Positions 6,520 through 12,730 of a stretch of DNA of 64,000 nucleotides are shown piece by piece. Origin of the DNA: a virus (Duplodnaviria > Caudoviricetes); the IMG/VR virus record IMGVR_UViG_3300044712_000786, positions 138,705 to 202,704 of that record; one strand, given 5' to 3'. Within the stretch, counting starts at the first letter, position 1. Every line of letters begins with the position of its first letter. The notes under the pieces were generated by a model. It did not search any database, was not told the origin of the DNA, and saw nothing but the letters and a program-made list of their open reading frames with translations. The position numbers were made by a program, and so were the translations under genes.

Positions 6520-6801
6520 TCATAATGGTTCATTAAACATCTTCTGAAGAGCTTCCAAAGTAATCTCTTGCCTCGAAATCTCGCGCCAATGAAGGTCGCT
6601 TATCGGTTCACTCTTATTACCGTAACCAGCTTGAGTTTCAATCTCAACTATGAAATACTTAGCTTTTGATTCGTCCGAACAAGCTCTTTCAATAGCTTTA
6701 TCTAAAACTCCCCAGTGACCCCTTTCGACGTATTTATACAAGAAAACTACGGTGTCTTTGTCGCCTTGTATCTCGACCCGCTTGATGTTGATTAAGTCCA
6801 T
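6520..6801 (-). CDS. hypothetical protein
   Basis: ORF track; ATG 4 nt after tRNA CCA. Confidence 0.7.
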   Translation of the reverse strand: MDLINIKRVEIQGDKDTVVFLYKYVERGHWGVLDKAIERACSDESKAKYFIVEIETQAGYGNKSEPISDLHWREISRQEITLEALQKMFNEPL

Positions 6802-6805
6802 AAAT

Positions 6806-6879
6806 TGGTTGCGGTTTGTGGAGTTACACCACCCCCCTAGCTTATGAGACTAGGATGCAATTACTTACACCTTCCCGCA
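6806..6879 (-). tRNA. tRNA-Met/Ile2(CAT)
   Basis: CTAGT-CTCATAA-GCTAG; lacks the initiator GGG/CCC anticodon stem; imperfect acceptor base. Confidence 0.75.
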
Positions 6880-6882
6880 AAT

Positions 6883-6971
6883 TGGTGCGAGCGGTAGGAT
6901 TTCCACCTACGGCGTAGCTTTCGCTAGACGGCTTAAAAGGCCGTTTCCTTCGTGTCCTCGGTCACGCTCGC
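6883..6971 (-). tRNA. trnK: tRNA-Lys(TTT) with long variable arm
   Basis: GCGAGCG/CGCTCGC-A-CCA; ACGGC-CTTTTAA-GCCGT; V arm TAGC-GAAA-GCTA. Confidence 0.8.
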
Positions 6972-7031
6972 GTGTGCCCATCCTTGACTCGCGTCTTGTC
7001 TTCAACACCACCTTGTTAAGACGGGATGGGT

Positions 7032-7472
7032 TTAAATTAACGTATCATTAAAAATATCTGCCGTTAGGTAATCTGCCGCTATATTGAACTTTCCTTTTCT
7101 CTTAGCCTTTTCGATACGTAGAGAAATACCTGACTTAAAATCTTTTGCAAAACTAGACTTAATATAGTAACAGTTTTGATTCTCTGGACAATAGACGGCA
7201 ATCGCATCTATATCACTAAAATCAATTGTTTTAGCTTTCCAACCTTGGGTATTAGTAGAAATACTTCGTAGTGGAATAACTATTGAACCATTCACCAATC
7301 CGACATATTTTACTGATAATCTCGCTAACTTTCCATTTGCACTAATAGCTATAAGGTCAAAAGGTAAATGTTCAGAAATTGGCAATGCTACTTTAATGCC
7401 TTTACGGTCTAAATCAGCGATTACTTGAATTAATCCAGTATCGCCCTTCTCTTTAGTTATGGCCTTTGTCAT
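7032..7472 (-). CDS. PD-(D/E)XK endonuclease (PDDEXK_5-like, group I intron-associated type)
   Basis: TKEKGDTG...PFDLIAI...RLSVKY; preceded by GTGTAAT-N7-ATG. Confidence 0.75.
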   Translation of the reverse strand: MTKAITKEKGDTGLIQVIADLDRKGIKVALPISEHLPFDLIAISANGKLARLSVKYVGLVNGSIVIPLRSISTNTQGWKAKTIDFSDIDAIAVYCPENQNCYYIKSSFAKDFKSGISLRIEKAKRKGKFNIAADYLTADIFNDTLI

Positions 7473-7529
7473 AACTATTATTACACCAGAATACGCAACT
7501 AGTGTAGTTTAATTTATATTAAATAATTA

Positions 7530-7604
7530 TGGGTCCCCCTCAGAGACTCGCACTCTGTTTCACTAGTTTACAGGACTAGGCATCACTATCAATGTTTAGG
7601 GGGC
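7530..7604 (-). tRNA. trnT: tRNA-Thr(TGT)
   Basis: CTAGT-CCTGTAA-ACTAG; acceptor with G1.A72 mismatch; CCA encoded. Confidence 0.78.
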
Positions 7605-7609
7605 AAAAT

Positions 7610-7696
7610 TGGTGCGTCGTGTGAGTAACGCTCTCACTCGCCCCCGAAGGGGAACGGGGTTACAGCCCGTCTAGCCTCTTTAGCCTCTACCGACGC
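7610..7696 (-). tRNA. trnY: tRNA-Tyr(GTA)
   Basis: ACGGG-CTGTAAC-CCCGT; long V arm CCCC-TTCG-GGGG; A73-CCA. Confidence 0.87.
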
Positions 7697-7705
7697 ATTA
7701 AAAAA

Positions 7706-7861
7706 TTAAGGTATAAGTAACAAATGATGATATTCAAGAACGTTTCGAATTGTCTGAGCTAAACTTAAACCGCACACGCCTTCCCGTTGACCCTCTTCCC
7801 ACTCTTCGATTGTTTGTGCGATTAATTTAGTAATATCATCCCATGTATTTGGATTTTCCAT
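7706..7861 (-). CDS. small hypothetical protein (51 aa)
   Basis: Manual translation MENPNTWDDITKLIAQTIEEW... Confidence 0.45.
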   Translation of the reverse strand: MENPNTWDDITKLIAQTIEEWEEGQREGVCGLSLAQTIRNVLEYHHLLLIP

Positions 7862-7865
7862 AAAA

Positions 7866-8099
7866 TTAGTTAGAACCGGAAATCAGCCAACGGTCCTTTA
7901 ATTCCTTAAACTTAGCTTTCATTGCAAATTCATCGTCTGGATAAGCGTGTCTAGCGGCAAGTAAAGCTAATTGGACGGTAAGCTTATGACGTAATTCGTC
8001 TAGGGTCCCATCCACTCTATAATGTGGAAACTCTCTTATCTCTTCATTAGTCAACAAACGGTCGTCGTCTGTTAATACCATGCTCATAGTTAACTTCAT
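7866..8099 (-). CDS. hypothetical protein
   Basis: ORF track. Confidence 0.65.
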   Translation of the reverse strand: MKLTMSMVLTDDDRLLTNEEIREFPHYRVDGTLDELRHKLTVQLALLAARHAYPDDEFAMKAKFKELKDRWLISGSN

Positions 8100-8102
8100 A
8101 AA

Positions 8103-8369
8103 CTAAGAATTTAAGGCTTTAATATGTTTTACTAACCACGAAGTATGAATAGTCTCAGAAGTAAAACCATTTTGCCATTTTACTATTGCATATTCTCCGT
8201 AACAATAGTGATTATCTTGGAGGTTTAAGTTTGTAACTTCGCCAGTTAAATTATTTTGATGAATTTCTCTATATTGCTCTTTATCATACTGCTCACCATC
8301 ATACAGCATAGAAGCCCACTTATGCTCTAATTTAACCGTGTCTCCCACTTGTAAACCAGAAGTTTTCAT
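8103..8369 (-). CDS. hypothetical protein (SH3-like LQVGDTVKL start)
   Basis: ORF track; start set at the ATGA-coupled MKTSG. Confidence 0.65.
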   Translation of the reverse strand: MKTSGLQVGDTVKLEHKWASMLYDGEQYDKEQYREIHQNNLTGEVTNLNLQDNHYCYGEYAIVKWQNGFTSETIHTSWLVKHIKALNS

Positions 8370-8560
8370 AGACCAGAACGGTTGTCTTGAAACCACTTAA
8401 TAATCTGTATAACTTGAGGATTCTCGGAGTCCACACAATCAGGTAAGATACCTTGAGCTATAAGGAACCCCATAGAGCCCTTGCAATCTTCTTTGGAAGG
8501 AAAAGCCCCAACGAAGTCCTTAGTCGTTTCTTCTATTACCTGTTCTTGCAATGATTTCAT
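8366..8560 (-). CDS. hypothetical protein
   Basis: ORF track. Confidence 0.6.
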   Translation of the reverse strand: MKSLQEQVIEETTKDFVGAFPSKEDCKGSMGFLIAQGILPDCVDSENPQVIQIIKWFQDNRSGL

Positions 8561-8567
8561 ATTAAAT

Positions 8568-8635
8568 TGGTCGCCCTTGCGGGTCTCCCGCTTCTCCGCT
8601 CAATAGCGGTATCCTTAATTTAGACGATTGGGCGA
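8568..8635 (-). pseudogene. degenerate tRNA-like element
   Basis: CCA end and D arm present, but T loop reduced to AGA and anticodon loop to 4-6 nt. Confidence 0.55.
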
Positions 8636-8664
8636 TTAAATTGGTTTAGCGCTCTCCCATAAAT

Positions 8665-8732
8665 TGGAGCCCCATCGGATATTGCAATCCGCACGCTTGT
8701 TTACCGAACAAGACTAGGCACTTGCACAGGGC
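8665..8732 (-). tRNA. tRNA-Thr(GGT)-like with reduced D arm
   Basis: GCCCTGT/ATGGGGC-T-CCA; CTTGT-TCGGTAA-ACAAG; T arm CGGAT-TGCAAT-ATCCG. Confidence 0.6.
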
Positions 8733-9026
8733 TTACATAAACATTTTTCCTATAAGTCTAATTTCTAAAATACTCACATGGATAGTATTTCTAATATCAG
8801 GTTGAACCATCAAGAAACGGCCTAAATGAAAAGAGGGTTCATCATAGAATCTGCTAATTTTATCCCAAAGTTGTGGAACAATGCACTTAATATTTAAAGA
8901 TTTCATTTTTTATAGGGCTACCCAAAACTGATATATATAAAGGTAATCTAATATCAATTACTTCCCTAAGATGAACATAGATTATTCTAGGCAGTTGAAA
9001 ACATGAAGTAGTAAGACTGACCTTTT

Positions 9027-10316
9027 TCATTTATTCAACTCAAATCCATGAATCTTAAACCTATGTTGAACTTCATCCCAAACCGCATTCAATACAGCGG
9101 GGTCTTCATGAACTTTCCCGTTATGAACATCAGGATGAATAGCCTTAATTCTCTCCATGTATTTTTCCTTAGCCAGCTTTAAAACATCTTTATGTTCCAT
9201 TGGACGGCTCCAAAAACGATGACGCTTGTTAGGCCCCGCCCGAAGTCTCCCCTGAATCGTCTTTCCATTCCTGCCATACATATGGCTAGGCTGGTTCATA
9301 TCGTTCTTTTTCAGTCCTAAGTATCTGAGCATCATGGTAATACTGGCAGTCTTGGGATTAATCTTATTAACTTCTATCGGTTTTTCATCATCCCCGTATT
9401 CCTTACTTTCCTTTTTCTTGAAGGATTCTACGGCAACCGAATCAGAAAGCTTGCTTTTCCTAATAGACTCGATATATTCACCTAAAGACTTAATAGAGTC
9501 TTGAGCGTCATCTATGGCAGACTTCATTTCTTGGAGAGAATCTATAGGAGCCGTTTCGAACATAGCTTCGAATTTTTTGGCATCTACAGATAAAAGATTA
9601 TCGAGAAATGCATTCGTTTTTATTAAAAACCTCTTAATAGAATACGTCCCATTAAATAGACGAAGCCTATTTGTCTTATCAGCGTCAACGCGAATGTCCT
9701 TCTCTCTAACTGTCACCGCTATTAATTTTCTCGCCTCATCAATAGAACATCGATTTGTGCTAATAGTGTTAGCAAGTTTTACTTGTTCTTCTTTGGGAAT
9801 ACCCACGAGTAAAGAGCAAATATAATAACTAAGCCGATTTCCTTCGGAAACCATAGGGCCAGCCAACTTTTGAACATCAGGCTCCAAAGTAAGAATTTTA
9901 GCGACTAAACACACCCAACTTTGAGACCTACCTAATTTTTCTCCGATTTCGCGCTGGCCTACCTCTAACTCTAGAAGGTGCTCGATAGATTGGGCAACCT
10001 CTAGGGGGGTAAGAGTATCTCTTTGTAAATTCGTAGTAAGAGACAAGAATAACTGCTCTACTTCCGTTTCTACACGTTTTACGACAGCATCTATATTCTT
10101 GTAACCTAGCTCCTTACATGCGGCAAGACGCTTCTTTCCGTCAATTAATTCGAAAAATTCTCCTTCGTCATCTATAGGTTTTACTATGATAGGAACATTC
10201 AAACCATATTCATCTATGCTGTGTATCAATCCATTTAGAGAATCCTGATTAATGAATTGGCAAGGATTATTTGCAAATTGGCGAATGTTATCGATTTGGA
10301 TAGACTTGATGTCCAT
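9027..10316 (-). CDS. ParB/Spo0J-family protein with C-terminal J-like (HPD) domain
   Basis: GLNVPIIV...LIDGKKRLAACKELG, NLQR, HTH QREIGEKLGRSQSWV; C-terminal KYMERIKAIHPD. Confidence 0.8.
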   Translation of the reverse strand: MDIKSIQIDNIRQFANNPCQFINQDSLNGLIHSIDEYGLNVPIIVKPIDDEGEFFELIDGKKRLAACKELGYKNIDAVVKRVETEVEQLFLSLTTNLQRDTLTPLEVAQSIEHLLELEVGQREIGEKLGRSQSWVCLVAKILTLEPDVQKLAGPMVSEGNRLSYYICSLLVGIPKEEQVKLANTISTNRCSIDEARKLIAVTVREKDIRVDADKTNRLRLFNGTYSIKRFLIKTNAFLDNLLSVDAKKFEAMFETAPIDSLQEMKSAIDDAQDSIKSLGEYIESIRKSKLSDSVAVESFKKKESKEYGDDEKPIEVNKINPKTASITMMLRYLGLKKNDMNQPSHMYGRNGKTIQGRLRAGPNKRHRFWSRPMEHKDVLKLAKEKYMERIKAIHPDVHNGKVHEDPAVLNAVWDEVQHRFKIHGFELNK

Positions 10317-10358
10317 TGTTTAAAAATATCAGAAATTTTACGGAACACAAGGAAAAAT

Positions 10359-10436
10359 TGGTGCGGTACGTCGGACTTGCACCGACCTTATTTCAGTTTG
10401 GAAGACTGACGCCATAACTATCTAGGCGACTACCGC
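10359..10436 (-). tRNA. trnG: tRNA-Gly(TCC)
   Basis: TCAGT-CTTCCAA-ACTGA; GCGGTA/TACCGC-A-CCA. Confidence 0.87.
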
Positions 10437-10443
10437 ATTAAAT

Positions 10444-10517
10444 TGGTAGGGCATTTCGGTAACGCTCCGAGACACTAACTTTGTAGGAGTTAGTCAACAC
10501 CTTGGTTGCCATGCCCT
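10444..10517 (-). tRNA. trnV: tRNA-Val(TAC), C33
   Basis: AGGGCAT/ATGCCCT-A-CCA; TAACT-CCTACAA-AGTTA; T loop AGCGTTA. Confidence 0.75.
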
Positions 10518-10800
10518 AATGTAAATCAAAAGAAAAATAGGCTTTAGAACCAACTTCTTTATAAGCCTCTATTGGAAGAAAGTAAACGCCCAACAATTTA
10601 GCAATAACTAAGCCTAAGTCTTTCTTATTGACTCTAAAACAAAAGGATTGATTATCATTAGTGCGTTCATTCCAATCTACGAATTCTAGCGATGGAATTC
10701 TTGCTAAGCATCTTTTTATATCAGAGTGACATCCGCCCCATCCATAATCACAACCATCACTCCAACTATCTAACTTATAATCAGATTTAAATACTTTCAT
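10516..10800 (-). CDS. hypothetical protein
   Basis: Start MKVFKSDY lies 3 nt after tRNA CCA. Confidence 0.65.
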   Translation of the reverse strand: MKVFKSDYKLDSWSDGCDYGWGGCHSDIKRCLARIPSLEFVDWNERTNDNQSFCFRVNKKDLGLVIAKLLGVYFLPIEAYKEVGSKAYFSFDLH

Positions 10801-10803
10801 AAA

Positions 10804-10879
10804 TGGTATCCCCGACTGGACTCCCACCAGTAATCTTCTCCTTAGAAGGGAGTGGCTTTAGTAATTTAGCTACGGGGAC
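10804..10879 (-). tRNA. trnR: tRNA-Arg(TCT)
   Basis: GTCCCCG/CGGGGAT-A-CCA; CTCC-CTTCTAA-GGAG. Confidence 0.87.
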
Positions 10880-10885
10880 TTAAAA

Positions 10886-11157
10886 AAACTAGAGATTGCT
10901 TTTACGCTAAAGACCAGAACATTGTACTTCTGTCTGCCGCTTCTTACTCGGTAGCCCTTAGCCGACTTTACGGCTAGCTCCACGCTTTCATCCCTTCCGC
11001 GAAGGCTCTTACATCCTATTATTAGCTACTAACAGGGTAGGAGAAATCCCTCGTATCGGATTTCGGGGTCATCCTGCGGTTAATTCCGCTCAGGTTCGTG
11101 CGAGAAGGACGAGTCACTTATCATGGATGGCTGTTTCTGAGCCTACCACTCTAGTTT
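10886..11157 (-). ncRNA. 272-nt highly structured ncRNA candidate
   Basis: Perfect 9-bp terminal stem AAACTAGAG/CTCTAGTTT enclosing at least six hairpins; GC-richer than the genome; no ORF. Confidence 0.7.
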
Positions 11158-11257
11158 AAAATTGTATGGTATTAGTTCAGGCTTTTACTGCTCTATAATG
11201 ATACGCTCCACCCATAACGGTTAAGCATGAAGCTGAGCTTTCTGTTCTCGAACAAAT

Positions 11258-11307
11258 TGTGCCCGAAGTGAGGACTCTTACCCCAATTTACGTTGCATCC
11301 CTCGGGC
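11258..11307 (-). ncRNA. minimal tRNA-like element (acceptor + T arm)
   Basis: GCCCGAG/TTCGGGC-A-CA; TGGGG-TAAGAGT-CCTCA; only ~17 nt in place of D and anticodon arms. Confidence 0.4.
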
Positions 11308-11348
11308 TAAGTGCAACCTGCTTTCTGTTCACGCAACATATGGAAGAT

Positions 11349-11424
11349 TGGTGGACACAGGCGGGTAACGCTCCCGCTTCTCACTCCTTGCAAGGGAGGC
11401 ACATCACTTTTCTGTCACTGGCCC
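11349..11424 (-). tRNA. trnA: tRNA-Ala(TGC)
   Basis: G3:U70 in GGGCCAG/CTG-T-GTCC; CTCC-CTTGCAA-GGAG. Confidence 0.85.
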
Positions 11425-11469
11425 AAAATTATTGTTACTTGCGCGGGGAATAACCGTGTAATATAATAT

Positions 11470-11841
11470 ATGAGGCATAGCCCTATAAAATTACTTTGCG
11501 CGTTTTGTAAAGAATCTTTTACTCGACCACTGTCTAAGTTAAAAAATAGTAAATCAAAAATATACTTTTGCTCTCGTCATTGTAAAGACGAGGCTCAAAA
11601 AATAAAGAATAAATTTACCGATATCCACCCATCGCATTACGGAACAGGCTCTTGCAAAGAAACATATAGACGCATTGCTCTAGAAAACCTTCCTCATAAA
11701 TGCAATCGTTGTGGTTACAATAAATTACTAGGCGTATTAGCAGTACATCATAAAGATAGAGACAAATCAAATAATCTAGTTAGTAACTTAGAAATTCTTT
11801 GCCATAACTGTCATGCCGAAGAACATATTCTAAACGATTAA
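11470..11841 (+). CDS. HNH endonuclease with N-terminal Zn finger (probable homing endonuclease)
   Basis: CNRCG...VHHKDRDKSNN...NLEILCHNCHAEEH; antisense to the array; GTGTAAT-N7-ATG upstream. Confidence 0.85.
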   Translation: MRHSPIKLLCAFCKESFTRPLSKLKNSKSKIYFCSRHCKDEAQKIKNKFTDIHPSHYGTGSCKETYRRIALENLPHKCNRCGYNKLLGVLAVHHKDRDKSNNLVSNLEILCHNCHAEEHILND

Positions 11842-11844
11842 AAT

Positions 11845-11937
11845 TGGTACTCCCCGTAGGTAACGCTCCTACACACGGCACTCATCTAGTGCGACTTGGG
11901 CTTATAAGGCCCACGATTCTCTTTGAATTAGGGGAGC
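11845..11937 (-). tRNA. trnI: tRNA-Ile(TAT) with long variable arm
   Basis: GCTCCCC/GGGGAGT-A-CCA; TGGGC-CTTATAA-GCCCA; V arm GCAC-TAGATGA-GTGC. Confidence 0.8.
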
Positions 11938-12012
11938 AAAAAATTACCATCAGGCCATGGTTTACATTACCATCTTTAAGACTTACGGTTTGTATCGTCC
12001 TGATGGACAAAT

Positions 12013-12086
12013 TGGAGCACTATATCGGTACTGCCCCGACTTATCCAGATTGGCAATCTGATGCATCACTTTTATGCTAATAGTGC
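12013..12086 (-). tRNA. trnG: tRNA-Gly(GCC)
   Basis: GCACTAT/ATAGTGC-T-CCA; TCAGA-TTGCCAA-TCTGG. Confidence 0.88.
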
Positions 12087-12092
12087 TGAAAA

Positions 12093-12166
12093 TGGTCCGA
12101 TATGTCAGAATCGCACTGACCCCACAAGTTCCCAAAACTTGCATGCTACTTCAACACCTATATCGG
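12093..12166 (-). tRNA. trnP: tRNA-Pro(TGG)
   Basis: CCGATAT/ATATCGG-A-CCA; CAAGT-TTTGGGA-ACTTG. Confidence 0.88.
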
Positions 12167-12175
12167 AGTGTAAAT

Positions 12176-12259
12176 TGGTAGGCGTAGAGAGACTTGCACT
12201 CCCAAGGCTTCATGGTCCTAAGCCATGCGACTCTGCTATTCGTCCTTAACCATACGCCC
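12176..12259 (-). tRNA. trnL: tRNA-Leu(TAG), enlarged D region, short V arm
   Basis: GGGCGTA/TACGCCT-A-CCA; CATGG-CTTAGGA-CCATG. Confidence 0.8.
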
Positions 12260-12541
12260 ATTAAATAGTTTCCTGAGGATTTCACTCACTTTGTTCCTTC
12301 CCTTTCGTGCCCTACTCGGGAGTCTATCTCATTCCACTAGGTTAACCGATTCAAGAGAAGGGGAGCGCACAATGCTGCTCAACCCCTCAAATCAGTAGAT
12401 AGTTAGTTAACCTCTAAGATTACTTTATCGCCAATCTGGTTCTGCATTATCACAGGCATAACACCAGTTGACCAATCACCTTTTTTGTCGCACTTGGGAA
12501 AGCATGATGGAGTTTGCTTAAACCCAACTCTATCTATCTAA

Positions 12542-12569
12542 ATTCTATCAAACATTTTAACTAAGTCAA
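12542..12569 (-). promoter_or_regulatory. sigma70-type promoter heading the tRNA array
   Basis: TTGACT-N16-TAGAAT. Confidence 0.75.
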
Positions 12570-12580
12570 CTCAAACCAAC

Positions 12581-12606
12581 AAAAAAGCCCACTCTTTCGA
12601 GTGGGC
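12581..12606 (-). terminator. intrinsic terminator
   Basis: GCCCACTC-GAAA-GAGTGGGC-TTTTTT. Confidence 0.85.
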
Positions 12607-12730
12607 TCCTTATACTATGTTCTCCATCCTACGGCCCACTCAAGATATCTGGATAGAGAAATGACGGTTCCCACCCCGATTGGGTAGAATTCGCGTCACA
12701 CACTGTTAAAATACTTTTCACTCTATTTAA

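Noticed and set aside
10886-11157. RNase P RNA
   Set aside because: The universal GAGGAAAGUCC and 3' ACAGAA-CCCGGCUUA P4 elements could not be found; kept as an unknown ncRNA.
573-12249. Plus-strand ORFs antisense to tRNAs (e.g. 573-788, 641-856, 1245-1457, 2051-2272, 4166-4354, 11259-11453, 11844-12249)
   Set aside because: They are shadows of structured RNA genes with no protein-like features or start context.
12581-12730. c-di-GMP-I riboswitch (GAAAGAGTGGG resemblance)
   Set aside because: The match is part of the terminator hairpin; the GGCAAA/GNRA-receptor architecture is absent.
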